A DNA stretch of 64,000 nucleotides from Thalia democratica (Eukaryota), in the NCBI GenBank assembly GCA_965202585.1, contig OZ241832.1, positions 58,032,001-58,096,000 of the forward strand, given 5' to 3'. Positions 48,842-62,065 of the stretch are shown piece after piece. The position numbers were made by a program, and so were the translations under genes. The notes under the pieces are model-generated. The model was not told the DNA's origin and searched no databases. It was given only the letters and a program-made list of their open reading frames with translations. Within the stretch, counting starts at the first letter, position 1, and each line of letters opens with the position of its first letter.

Positions 48842-51800
48842 ACAACTCTTTGAATTCAAAAGATTAATTGGCTAGTCATATATAATACTAATAACCTCAT
48901 AATAATAAAAATAAAATATATGGTATGTGTCGTTCTTTGATTTGTTATCAATAAAATTTTCTAGATAACCAAAAAAGTTTTTTCGTATACCAGGTTTTTA
49001 AACAAAATCATTTAGGCGATTTGTTTTTCATTCAACAAATTCAAATTTTATGTACCAAATCCTTTGAGCTTAGAATTCTCTATTGTGTTCAATTAAAATA
49101 ATGTTTTTGGTTGAGATGTTTTCCACCGTTAACAAAAATACAAGCAACAGCCTGTTGTTTTTTGACCTAAACACAACATCAATAAAGCGGGCAAGCTACG
49201 GTTGCACTAAAGAAATTAATACTGACAACGTAAAAGAAGACCTTAAATTGAGATATTTGGTTCAGTCATAGTTTTAAACTGTGCCCAGAAACAGGTGTTA
49301 TAGTGCATATTTTCAGTAACTTATACTACTAGAGACTTTTACTTTATAAGTCTGATTAAGTAGCTCCCTGTTGTCAAAAAGTTTTGAACATTTGTATATT
49401 TATTTTTACGCTTTTTTTTTTGTGATTACTTCTCTAAAAAAATTTGTATAAAATGCTAAGATACGTTAAAAAATAGGGACAACGCTAACTAGCGTTATAC
49501 TGTTAGAAAATAAATAAAAAAACGTCTAAGAAAATTTAAAAAACTTTGTACTGTTTTGCAAATCAAGGTTTTTCAGGAATAAATCTACAATATTTGGTTT
49601 TATTATGTATATATATATTTTTAAATAATCAGCTTTCAGAAGTAGGCTTTTTTTTTCTAGTTTGCCCCAGTTGATTTTAAACTGCTGATTTAAAGAGGGA
49701 AAGATATACTATTTATTAAAAAAAAAATCCTATTTTTATAAAGAATGAGTTCTATATTTTTAAAAATCTTCGAATAAAAAAAATAATAATATTTTAGTAG
49801 ACTTTGAACAGCAAATAGTTATAATAAGAGGATAGTATGTGTATAAAGAAAGACTCTCAGTCGTCAAGCTTCACAACAACGTTTACTTTTACTATTTTTA
49901 TTTAACTTAAACTTAAACATTACAGAAACAAACTAAAAAATAAACAATACTAAATAAAAGTTTGAATTAAGTACATATAAAAAATATATATAACCTTATA
50001 AGGACTTATACATATTTTAGTCAAGAAAACAAGTTTTTAAAAATTTTGAAACGTACAGGTACCTGGTTTAGGTTACTGTCTGTTCAGTGTAGGACTATAT
50101 GTTCTAAGGTTTACTTTCGTAAATGTTTTAATTTTTTGTTACACTATTTTAAGTTATATTGACAGTCATTGTTCGTTTCTTACTATTCACAAACTGAAAA
50201 CTAATCTAAAACTTGTTTGTTGACAATGCCTCTTCAGTTTTATTTTTTACACAAAAATAAGAACCTATTAGACGTAAAAAAAAATGTGTTTGAAGATTAG
50301 ATCAAGCTTGTCAGAAACCTATTTAAATCTAGCTGCTTAAAATCGTATTCGCCTTGGTACTTGCAAATTACATCCTCTATTTCAATCGGTTTTAGACAAA
50401 ACACTTTCCGGCGCTAGGTTACAACAAGTCCTAAAATAAATAAAGTTTAAATCAAAAACAATTTGAATTATGTTTTTAAGGCATATGTGTTTGTAGATTT
50501 GAAGTTAAGAAACTTATTTTTTCTTATGCTGTTTTCTATGATTTACTGAATTATTTATATAGACCAATTTTTAAAAGATTTTTTGTACACCAGGTCCTCA
50601 GGCCAAACCTTTTGAGCGTTTTTTTATTGTCGTTCAATAAACAATAGAAGTGAAAATGTAAGATTTTCAAAGTTTACATTAGTTAATCAAATTTCAAAAC
50701 AGTACCCAGCTTTCTCGAATAAGTTCACGGCAAATGTATTTTTTTAAACAGTGTCTTCATTAAATGAATAAAGCATTTGTAAATCTAGCCTTTGCTATTA
50801 TTACTGTTTTGATAAATGAATTTAAACAAAATTTTTAAGGAATGATTATGGTTAATATCTATTATGAGTAATGTAACGTCAAAAAATTTCTATAAACGAT
50901 ACATTTTAGAAAGCTGTTGTGTTTTATTATCTGTTTAATATCTGTAATATTATAACTAATTTTTAGAGTTTATAGAATTATTACTTTTTCTTTAAAATAC
51001 TATGTTGATCATCTTTTAAATATGATTAGGGGGTTTCTTCTTTGCTTTTAGCAACTTTAACAAATTGTTTAAGTTAAGAAAGAATTAAATTGATTCGTTA
51101 TTGTTACACCTACTTAGTGCAAGTTTTGATTAATTTTTGAAGTAAAACTCGATCTTAGAGTTTTAGAACTACTAATTTAAAAAAATAAGTACTGAATGTT
51201 TTTTCAACTTTTACCTAAAAAATTGATAAGTACACTTCGATACGTAAGTAGATCGTGGTATAACTAAATAAAAGTTGAAAAAATCTGTAAAGTAGATAAT
51301 TCAGTATACAAAGTTAAACTACTCAAAAAAAAGTACTAGTATTAATTTATTAGCGTTTAAAAAAATAATAAAAGAGAAAACAACAAAGAAAAACTTAGAT
51401 ATATTGTTAGAGTTTAAAACATTAGTGTGATGTAATTACTCAAAACACCTTAAAATAATTGATTAACAACTGTTAAGAAATAAATTTACATAAGCAATGC
51501 AAATTTATATAAAAAAAATTACAAGTCTGACTTTCAAAGCTGTTTATCTCAATTTAATTTATATAAAATTTATTTATATTAAAAGTTCACAATTAATGCT
51601 TTTGTATGAACAAATGGTTTTATTTCAGTAGAGAAAATGCATAAAATTATTTCTAATAAATAATTTGAAATTTTAAAAGTATCACAACTTAAACATTAAA
51701 AACGTATCATGTAAGAAGCAACAACGTTAGATTATTCTATAAAGTAAAAAGATTTTTTATTTGATAATAGATTTTGTACAAAATAAAATGGTACATGTTT

Positions 51801-52315
51801 ATTATTTGTTAATGCAGCATCAATGATATATTTCAGTAAATAAAACGACTATAAGTTTTTTTTTGATTTGAAATGATCACAAGCAGCTAAGTTAAAAATT
51901 TTAAGTAAAATCAAACTAAAACATGAATTTAAAAAACGTGTTTAATTTCAATTAGTTTTTTTTTCAACTTTCACCTAAAAAGTTTAGTACAGTATAGCGT
52001 GATACGTACATACTTCGTGCTATTAATATTTTTTTTTGAAACTTTATGACTCAAAAAATTTCAATTTTTTGAGTCATTTGTTAAACATAAGTCGCATAAA
52101 TATTTTAACCTGCAATTTAGATGAGCTTATTTTAAATGAGCAAAAAAGTTATACTTTACGGTAACTTTTTTACAAGAAACTAAATAGTAGTAGACACAAT
52201 TTAAACTTACTAAACAAAAAATCAGTACTAACTCCAACTTGATATTAAAAAAATCTTGAAAAAGTTATTGGTATATGCTGTAAGTTTAAAAATATTCTTA
52301 AAAAATTAAAGTTAA

Positions 52316-52747
52316 CTAGAATCCGTGAATAATTACCACCAAAAGAATAACAAGTGTTAAGGCGTTCAACAAAACAATAAACAAACAGCATTTGCCGTCA
52401 GTTTTTATGGAAGGTTTTCTATTAAGTTGACGAAAAAATACTTTGCCTCTACTGAAACGTACTCCTGTTTCAGTATTGATGTTGTTAGGAAATGAATTTT
52501 GTTGAGTATAAATGCTGTTTAGTGAATATGTTTCTGGCTCAGTAATGATTTCATTAAATCGAAAGTCGTTTTCACTATTGATGCTTATTGAGTGGCTGTC
52601 AGTGTTTATGTTGTTCCAGTTTAAACCATGTCTAGTGTTGAAAGTGTTCAGGTATAAAGTTGAAGTAGATTGTTGGTAGTTTGAAGGTAGAAATACATTT
52701 TCCTTGGCATTGACTGAAATATTTGTCGAACTTTGGACATTGTCCAT
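52316..52747 (-). CDS. Uncharacterised N-rich 143-aa tail-anchored protein, probable paralog of the 30963-32030 ORF
   Basis: ctaccATG start preceded by a candidate acceptor (ttaattag ~52771); C-terminal K..CC followed by ~20 hydrophobic residues; shares PxxY[EQ]QS and FNEI motifs with the 355-aa ORF. Confidence 0.62.
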   Translation of the reverse strand: MDNVQSSTNISVNAKENVFLPSNYQQSTSTLYLNTFNTRHGLNWNNINTDSHSISINSENDFRFNEIITEPETYSLNSIYTQQNSFPNNINTETGVRFSRGKVFFRQLNRKPSIKTDGKCCLFIVLLNALTLVILLVVIIHGF

Positions 52748-55102
52748 GGTAGAAGTTTTTTTTATAAAGTCTAATTAATTTTGATGATATATAATCAAGC
52801 CTGCATTCACTTCTAACTCAACTAACATTTCAAAGTAATTAAAAATAAAACCGTGTTTATTTTAGTTATAAGTAACAGGCTAAGATCACTACTTTATTTA
52901 GAAAAAAGTATAAACATACAAAATTGTAATGATTTTTAATTTTGATAAAAAATATAGTTTTAATTATAAACTATTTATAAAGTTTGTTTAAATGTAGTAA
53001 AATTCAAGACTAGTTTTTATTTTACATGGATAACAGGTGAATGAGAAAAGTAATAAACGTTTAAAAAGAAAATAAACAGTTATATTGTTTTAATAAACAA
53101 GGTGCTTTTAAGTGGTCTTAAAATATTTTTTCATACTCTAAAATGATACATTTTATATTCCAAATAATAGTATTGTTTGCTTTCTTAACATTGACTGCTT
53201 GTTTTTAACTAACGGTGATTTTTCTTAAAGTTTATAAATGTTTAAAGGTTTCAAGTTTGTAAACTTTAAATCAACAAAATATTCAGGATTGTAAAGTTCA
53301 TACTAAAATTAAATTGCTTTTTCTTTTTAGATTATACTTTAAAGTTTAGACAAAATAAACATAAAAAAATGATGTTCACAAACTCGTCGAATACTAAACA
53401 AAATAAATGAACAAAGAAGTTTTCAAAAAAGTTAGCAACTGTTATAATCTGTTCTAAAATACTTGAATTCAGTTACAAATAGTTTCATATAATCAATGCT
53501 TTTTAAAATTTTGGTTCATAAATATTGTAACATGAGTAACAACACGACATAAACTTTAAATAAATATTTTTTCTCAATAGTTTAACATCAGGATATGATA
53601 CCTTTTAACATGTTTCTTGTAATAACTTTTAAAAGTGTCTATCAAAATAAGCTTAAGATACAAAACTAACTGTTAAAAATATAGGTTTAATCGTTTGCTA
53701 ACAAAAGATCCTAGTTTATTTTATTAGAACATGTAAATAATTTTGTCAACTCTTACTTTCTATAATACTGCTCTAACCATAGTACAACATAATTTCTATC
53801 TGTTACCTTGAAAATTTGTACAACTTTTTTTTGCTTTCTTACTAAACGAACTACCTTTCTAGTACAAAATTGTTTTATACTTTTACTGATAAGTATGTTT
53901 ACTGCTATACTTTAGAAACAGTTATATACATACTAAAATTTTCTAAATAAGATATATCACAAACTAATATTTAATACTGTTTTAACGAAGGAACAACAAT
54001 TATTACATAATTTTTATCATAGTATTGAACTTACAAAGTTAAAAGGTTTTCAATTACATATTTAACTGCTAAATGATAAATTAATTAAAACACTTTTTTT
54101 TTATTAGTTTAAAGAACGCTTTAGTACTACATTAAGCTCGTTTACCCTAAAAAGTATTGATTAATAAGTAGTTTAAACTTAAAGTTTTAACAAATAAAAT
54201 TTAATTTAAACACTTTCACTAACACAAAAAATTAAGATTTGCCTAATATTGGAAAAAAATATAAATTGCTGTCTTAGTTGTCTGAAAAAAATGAGAAAAA
54301 TTAAATTTTCAATACAAGCTAGACAAAATTTCTAGTACAGTTGCATTTAAAATAAGTTAACTGCGAAATATAAAGTAAAAATAAGTATGTATATTTATAT
54401 TAATAATAAGTATATAATATGTATATTTGATTTACAATGTAAAGATTTTTTACAAGGCTTATAAAATAAAAACAACTCCTTTAAGTTTAAAAAGTTTTTT
54501 TTAGTTATGTAAACACATTCAAAACTTACCTTTAATATGATATTAATTACATATGTATGCCTATATACTTTAATAAATTTGGTAGCTATATATCTCAAAA
54601 CCTATTTTTAATGATAGAAAATATATATAATTCTGTAAATTTTAAGAAAACGATGATATAAGATCAAAAATAGCTAAAATATAACTTAAAAAATAAAAGT
54701 TTGTGGTTTAAACTTGTATTTAATAAATAATTGCAAACAAATATTTGATATTTGAAAAAAGTAGTATAATCAAAATACGCGTTTATTAGTAAGTCAAATA
54801 CAAAATATGAAACATATTTTACGTTTTAAAAAACTTTAAAAAAAAAAACAACTAACCCTGTTTTTATATCAGGACCCCCCAAATTTTTCTCAAGACCCGT
54901 TGTCAAGAAATTTAAAAATCAATGGCACCCTCTAATAAAATTCCTCTTAAAATACGCCCAAGACCAATAATTTGGCTCTTCATAGTCGACTCAAGAACAT
55001 CTAGTGTAATTTTCAAATTATAGCCCCTTTACTAGTCAATAACTCCAATGGGCCATATCGCCCACTTAGTAAAAACCCTGATTTAGATCAAGTTTGTATA
55101 TA

Positions 55103-56010
55103 CAGTAGACTACCGCTTAAGTACGCACTTATTTTGGTACGCACCCCGCTTTAAGTACGCACTTATTCAGAAAGACAAGAAAGATTCTAAATTTTTATTT
55201 TTTTTTTACAATTTTTTTAGATATTTATATCAAATTTAAATAAACAAATAACCTGAATAATTGACTGTTAACTGACTAATTAAAAGACTTAATGTCACTG
55301 TGAGTTGCTTGATGTTAAACTAATGAACATTGTAAAAAAAATTTTAATAACTATGTTAACGAAACTAAAAAATAAAAGTTTTAAAAATACAATTCAATCT
55401 ACAATTTTAACTGTGCCGTTATATGTTCAATTTATTTATCAAAATAGAGGATGTTATATTAGAAATTCTAAGAAATTCCATTTTTTTTTGTCAAAATTTC
55501 AATCATCAAGTTTTACTAGATAATTTTATGTTTCCTGGTAGAATGGCCAACCTGCTGAGTTAGCCTGATACTTTCACAACTTTTAAACTAGGGTGAGTAA
55601 TCCTGAGTAGTCTAAGTGGCCTGAGATTGTGACAGTCCTGTTATTGAATGTTCATAAACTAAATACTTATGTAGTCGTTGCAGAAAAGTGAAAAGAATAA
55701 TTATATTCGAGCTGTAATGCTATAAAAAAAATAAATATAGACTACAAAGTTTAAAAAACCTACAAATACAGCATAGTTACGTCATAATTTAATTTAAATG
55801 TACACACACTGATGTTTTGAAAATGTTTGGTAAACACAATGTAGTTTCGTACTTTTCCTCTAACAAAACAAAATAAGTGGCTAGTTGTAGGAAAGAAAAC
55901 AAACAACTAAATTTCATATTATACTATGACTTCAAAAAGTACGCACTACCCGTGCTAAGTACGCAATTTTTGGTCGGGTTCAATTTGCGTACTTAAGCGG
56001 TAGTCTACTC
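55103..56010. mobile_element. Tc1/mariner-pogo-type MITE
   Basis: 23-bp perfect TIR agtagactaccgcttaagtacgc (55104-55126 and 55987-56009), TA on both flanks, subterminal aagtacgca repeats, no transposase ORF. Confidence 0.85.
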
Positions 56011-57128
56011 TATTTGCAGCATTTTTACTACTGTAAAGTGTAAAAAAGTTTCAGGTAAATTTGATGAATAAATGTGTTGCTAGGTTTTAATATTAAATAA
56101 CTTAATAAAATTTCAGGAATTACAAACAGTTTCTACTTAACTTATTTACTAATACTAGATCTTTAAGTTTAGAGACTTTAACTTTCAGGTTAAGTACAGT
56201 AATTTACTATCAGTAACTAGAAATTTAAGTTATTTAACTTTTTATGAATTGTAAACTTTGTTTTTTTTTTTTTGAAAAGTCTTTAGCTTAGTGAATATCA
56301 AATACAAACACTAAAAATTTACATTATATCATCAAAAACATAAGTAAGCTAAACATAATACTTTTCAGCAAAAAAACTATTAAGTACTTAAAATGCATAC
56401 AATAAAATAGGTGCAAATACAAAACATTTACTATTTAGATACATTTCTGTAATGTTGTTAAAAGACACTAAAAATTATATATAAATAACAAATTGCTTGT
56501 ATTATTATGCCTCTGATTGCTTAGTATTCTATAATTTCATCATTTACTAAAACTTTTGAGAGCATGTTGGTAAAACAATTTAAGTTATAGTTGATAAGTT
56601 TTCATAAACCAGTTTGCTAACTTATTCATATACATACATCTTTAATATAGTTGTTTATTAAAAACTAAATCTTTTAATATTTAATTTATCAACCATTTAA
56701 AATTTTCAAGAAGTAGAGATCTCTGTATATTATTCTCAAAAAATATAACATCTTCATTCAAAATAGATGTACAAAACTTATTTTTAACTTAATTAAAATA
56801 GAAGTTCTTGCCCAAAGATTACTTTTTTCTTGCAAACTAATTAATGACTGTTTAAAAGAAGTACAAAAATTTTATTAATATAATTAAGATTTGATGTATT
56901 TTTTATTTACTGAATGGTAATTAAGAGTGCCATTTAAACAAGCTTGTTGAAAACATAAAATATTTGGTATAAAAAAAGAATTGAACAAGATAATCAAACT
57001 TAAAAGTTTACTGAAATAAGTTTCATTAAATCAGTTTTGTAAAAATCACTATATATACTGACATGAAAATATACATATCTTAATAAACTTTGCTCAGTAG
57101 AAAAAAAAACTATATATATATCTAAATT

Positions 57129-57538
57129 GGGTAGATGTCAAAAATGCATGAAGGGAAACTTTTGCACGAGTTGAAGTTTTATTATTAACTTCTTTTTATT
57201 TACTTTCACTGTTACTCCTAACCCTAGGTCGATAACTTTTTTTTCTTATCACCACTTTTATTTATTTTTTACCATCACTGTTACCCATAACTTTTGGTTA
57301 TTTTTTTAATACTTTTATTTTTTATACTTGTGCAAAACTGTCACTCGTGCAAAAGTGTGACCCTTCGTGCAAATTGTCTTCGTGCATATTTGACCCTTCG
57401 TGCAAAACTGTCTTCGTGCAAAACTATCTACGTGCAAATTGTCTTCGTGCAAAACTGTCAAAACCTTCGTGCATATTTGAACCTTGGTGCAAATTGTCTT
57501 CGTGCAAAATTGTTTTCGTGCATATTTGATCCGTCCCC
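57129..57538. repeat. Foldback/MITE-like element with a cttcgtgcaaa(a) minisatellite
   Basis: About 13 tandem cgtgca units at 57329-57525, inverted ttttgcacga units at the left end, imperfect terminal inversion, internal cctaaccct. Confidence 0.6.
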
Positions 57539-58756
57539 ATCTACATTTAACCTTGACTTAAGAACTTGTTTAACTGAAAAAGTACATAAAAGAAACAAAA
57601 TACCAACAACGTTTTATTGAACAGTAAAAATATATACTGCAAAACACAATTCAAGAAAAGAATAAATTGTATCGTATTGTGTAAGTTGATTTTATGTACA
57701 AATATGTATCTGTTTTATCAATTGGCATATAACTTAAATGATTGTGCATTTAAAACAATTTATATGGAATAAATGAAAAATAATATATTATCAAACTTAA
57801 ACATGATATGAAACAAGTAAGATGCTAATTTAAATTAAAATGGATTAGTTTCTTAATGAAAAGCTGATACTTTTATGTTTAAACATCATTAAACGCTATT
57901 TGTTATCTTATAGTAATGCTTAAAATAAGTTCATTTTCACAATTTTTAGAAGTAATGGAAGTTCATAGCAAAAATTAAAAAACGAATCAAAAGAAAAACT
58001 AAGAAATTTTAGAGCCTAAGTGAAACCTTAACACGTTAGTACATAATTTAAAAAATTTATTAAAATTATAATAAAATACTAAAAGCATAATTATAATTAG
58101 ATAAACAAACCTCGAAAGATTACGATTTTAAAAGACTTGGTAAACAGGATAATTTTAAAATTAATGTTAGCATTAAAATATATAGAAATTGTTAATAAAA
58201 AAAACTTTTTAATGAGATATAAAAGTTTAATAATGATGACAATTCTAACTTTACTTTGAAAATTTTTAATGATATATAGAGATAACCTTTTTATAATAAC
58301 TTTTGAAAAAATGAAAAAGTAATGAAACAACAATTAATTTGAAACAACATTCAAATTAATAAGTATTTGTAAAAAGCTAGAGTGAGCCTTAGACTTAGAT
58401 GTGCAATAATTTTCAAGTGTTTTTTATACTAATATACATTTGATATATGTTAAGCATTGAAATACTAATTACTGAACTGCTTTAAAGTTTTAAAAATCAT
58501 GGAAAATAAGTTTTTCGTTTAAAATTTACCAAAATTGTTCATAGTTAAAAATACTGCAATAACACATACACACAGGTAGAGCAACTTTTAAATAAATTCA
58601 ATTGTTTAGTCTGTTCACATACCAAGTAAATACATTTAAATTTTTCTTTACGTTTAAAAAATCTCTTCTCTCCAGCGCAATTCACCAGCAATTCTTCCCT
58701 AATAACCGACTGGTTATTTTTCATATACACGCATATTGTTTACATCAAACATGTAT

Positions 58757-58861
58757 TTAGTAAATTTTTCTCTCCAACACGAAATTGGCGATTCTTCCAC
58801 AACTTCTGAGTAGGTCCACTGCTTTGTGGTGCTGCATCCCCAATATGTTCGTGCCGTTCAC
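58757..58861 (-). CDS. PDZ-domain protein last exon (VNGTNILGMQHHKAVDLLRSCGRIANFVLERKIY*)
   Basis: Completes the PDZ fold (VNG...H..AV.LLR...L.L.R) in a different frame from the ORF track; acceptor ataacag; TAA stop. Confidence 0.9.
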   Translation of the reverse strand: MNGTNILGMQHHKAVDLLRSCGRIANFVLERKIY

Positions 58862-58913
58862 CTGTTATATATATAAATTTAATTCTTATACTATTTTTCT
58901 GAAAATTTAAATA

Positions 58914-59358
58914 AAAGATTAACATGAGCATATTTAAGGGTGGCTGTTTTTAAAGTAAATAGAAACTTTAGTTTGTTTAGCTTTTGCAAATAAAAACTGA
59001 TCAGATGAAGTTAGTAAACATAAACCTGTTGATAAATTTAGTTAATTTTTATAACTATTCAAAATATAAATTTAAGTGTTTGTTGACAAAAGATCCTAGT
59101 GAAACAAGTTCACTGCAATATATAATAAAAACAAATTATACAGTATTCTTCTTGTACTAATAAAACCTGGTACAATAAAAGAAGGATACTGTATATTTTG
59201 CTTTTATTGTCAATTTTAATACTATTTCTATGCAAGTTTTCCTCAGTAAAAGATTAACATGTGCATATTTAAGGGTGGCTGTTTTTAAAGTAAACAGAAA
59301 CTTTAGTTTGTTTAGCTTTTGCAAATAAAAACTGATCAGATGAAGTTAGTAAACATAA
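58914..59358 (+). repeat. Dispersed ~110-bp direct duplication in the last PDZ-gene intron
   Basis: aagattaacatg...aagggtggctg...gatcagatgaagttagtaaacataa at ~58914-59022 and ~59247-59358. Confidence 0.9.
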
Positions 59359-59989
59359 CTGTCAACTGAGCTTGAAATTGCAAAGTTTGGTAAAAACTGC
59401 ACAGCAGCAATTTTATTAGCTGATTTAAGATATACAAACGGATACAAGTTGTATAAATAAAAAATAGTAAATGTTGAATAGTAAGAGAAGATGAACAACA
59501 AACAAAAATGCAAATTAATAAAATTTTTTTTAAAATTAAATTATGAAACAGTTGACTTTACACAAGAGAACACGGATCATCTTTGAAAACTACTTTTGTA
59601 CCTTGCATCAAATACTTTAGTAGAAAAGAAAAAATCAACAAAATCTACCGTTTGAGTAAGCTTTCAGAACCCACAAGAGTGTTAACATGTTGCTCTACTT
59701 TAATACAAACATATTAATATAAACATACAAACAAACCATTTTTTTGAAATTAAATATAATTTTTATGGCATTTTCTACAATTTTCTTTTAAAAGTCTTAA
59801 TAAAAAACATAAAGTTTTCAACTTTAAGGAGGCTGATCGGAGAAGTGACCTACAACTTTGTCTGAACTAATCACCAATGTTGGAGGAAAAGAGTGGGAGT
59901 TTACTCAACCACAAATTGAATGTACTTAGTAGGTACAAATATAAAAACAATGTGGTAAAAACACAATAAAAATCAACAAACAAACCAAC

Positions 59990-60413
59990 CATCAGTATTT
60001 TATCGCCGACCCGCACTTTCCCCTCGGCCGACCCTCCCTTCTGCACCCTCATTATCACCACGCCACTTTCGCCCATAAATTCCCCCGAATCGTGAACGTG
60101 GATGCCGAACGTGGGCTTCTTCACCAAGCACACCCGCACTATCTCCACTTTGCGCGGTTTCTTCGGCGTGCTGCTCTGTGACGTCACGTGCGGGTTTTGT
60201 GACGTAACGCGCGGGTACTGAGGGTCAACATGTTTCTGTGACGTGACTGGTTTGTTTTGTGACGTCATACGGTTGTTTTGCGATGCAATGTAAGGGTTTT
60301 GTGGCATGTGAGGTGAATTTTTTGTCATCACACTACGACTTTGTGACGTAGTTTGCGGACTTTTGGCGGGAACTTTTTGATTTCGCATTCCGTTCGGCTG
60401 ATGATAGTTGTAG
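59990..60413 (-). CDS. PDZ-domain protein exon with VTSQ repeats and the first part of the PDZ domain (VRVCLVKKPTFGIHV...VIMRVQKGGSAEGKVRVGDKILM)
   Basis: PDZ carboxylate loop FGIHV, I.RV..GG.A.G..RVGD.IL; tag / ATG|gttggt. Confidence 0.88.
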
Positions 60414-60605
60414 CTAAAAGTTTTTTTGATTATTTTTATTATTATATATTATTGTTACTTTTTCTTTAATACATTATATGAGGCGTACATACAATAAAAA
60501 AAAAACTAAAAATCTTATGACTAAAAATTTAAGTTATTGTTTGTAACTCATATAACTTCAAAGCGTTCAGAAAAGTTTTTACAGTAAAATTAAAAAACTT
60601 CTAAC

Positions 60606-61097
60606 TTTTTTTTCTGATTGTTGTAATAGTTGCTTTCATTATAATTTATCCTGTTTTGGGGATTCATATAATTATTATTCGGATGAAAATTCGAGGGTTT
60701 TCTCTGATAACTATTATGATCCTTATATATTGGATAATTTTGATAATTATTTTCGATGTTTTTTACTGGATAGTTTTGATAACTTGGCATCTTTTGATTG
60801 CTCCTTAACTTTTTACTGTTTTGGTTGTTTCTAATTGGATAATAAACCTGATCGTTGGCGTCAAAATTATTTACGACGTCACGATTTCTGGGGAAATTTT
60901 TGACGAAATTATTCGGGTAATGGTGGTTTATAGGCTGATTGTTCGACCTCATCCTAGACTGCTCTTGAAACCTGGTCTGGTTGTGGTGATGAGGGTCTAC
61001 TTTGGGATAATTGTCTACTTTGTGATGAGGTCTCACTACTTGGGGTTTTATGTTGAAATACTTGGAACCCACAGAATAGGGCTCGAATGCTGAAGGT
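60606..61097 (-). CDS. PDZ-domain protein N/Y/Q/H-rich exon
   Basis: cag acceptor in the frame of the 160-aa ORF; the phase-2 donor AA|gttaga is the best candidate but its exact position is uncertain. Confidence 0.72.
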
Positions 61098-61689
61098 CTG
61101 GAATATTTATTAAAATTAGTCAGTTGAAGATTATTTTAAACTATTTAGTTTTGAATATTTTAGTACTAGTTTAACTATTTACAAACTAGTTTTCAACACA
61201 AATGAAAAATAAAAAATGAAAATAATTTTGCTTAAAACGAATAAAGGGAACAACTTGTTCTTAAACACCACACTCAAACTTATAAATTATTATTCTTGTA
61301 GTAGAAAGAGTTAATATTAAAATTCTCACAACTAACTTGTGATTCATATAATTGTCATTGCTTTCCAATATTGAGTCGTGAGAATTAGAATATTTTATTT
61401 CATTAAAGTTTGGTGCTTGGTTTTTGTAGAGCGGTCCATCAAAACTGTTGAATATTATTTATACACTGTTAAACTTTTATTACAATTTAAAATAAAATCA
61501 ACTACACTGTATATTAATTCTACCGTTTTCATGTTTTTTTAATCTTTTAATTTAAACTAAAGGTTTTAAATGTTTATTTTGCTTGTAAATTAAAACGGAA
61601 CGAAGACAATTTAACTTAAATATTTGCAGGATTGCAAATTTACACAAGTTATGTACATTTTATAAAAAAAAAAACTAATAATTCATTAC

Positions 61690-61793
61690 TTCAATACAGA
61701 TTCATGGCTTCCGCTTCTTCTGGGTAAAACTTTAACTCTTTTCATTTTCATGTGGTCCTCATAGCTCGGCAGTTTCTTTTTATTTGCAGGTTT
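61690..61793 (-). CDS. PDZ-domain protein exon (KPANKKKLPSYEDHMKMKRVKVLPRRSGSHESVL)
   Basis: cag / AA|gtaatg, 104 nt, phase 0 to 2; contains LPSY. Confidence 0.78.
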
Positions 61794-62065
61794 CTGTGAT
61801 TATTTGTTTGTAAGTTTGTTATGAAAATAATATTTAAATTCTAAAGAAGAAAACACTTATCTAACAAAAGTTAGAGTTGATATTTAATACGTTTGTATAT
61901 TTACTTGAAAAACTTAGTTTATTATTGACAAGACTGCAGCTCATGTAAAATGAGTCACAACTAAGAAGTCTTTTGTAAAAACACTTAGTTGGTTTAATAA
62001 TCGGCAATTTAGAATTCTAAAACTGTTTAAAACAATCACTAAGATTTAATTCAAATAATCCAAAC

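Noticed and set aside
57294-57620. 108-aa and 60-aa ORFs with Cys-rich repeats
   Set aside because: Translation of the cgtgca minisatellite.
3659-58730. Many 60-80-aa F/L/I/K-rich ORFs in the track (e.g. 3659, 4250, 13492, 26110, 45153, 54395, 58097)
   Set aside because: Composition is what random AT-rich DNA or MITE interiors produce; no motifs or splice context.
59640-59900. Possible alternative exons in the last PDZ-gene intron
   Set aside because: Slightly GC-richer patches, but the PDZ fold is completed without them and no convincing peptide results.
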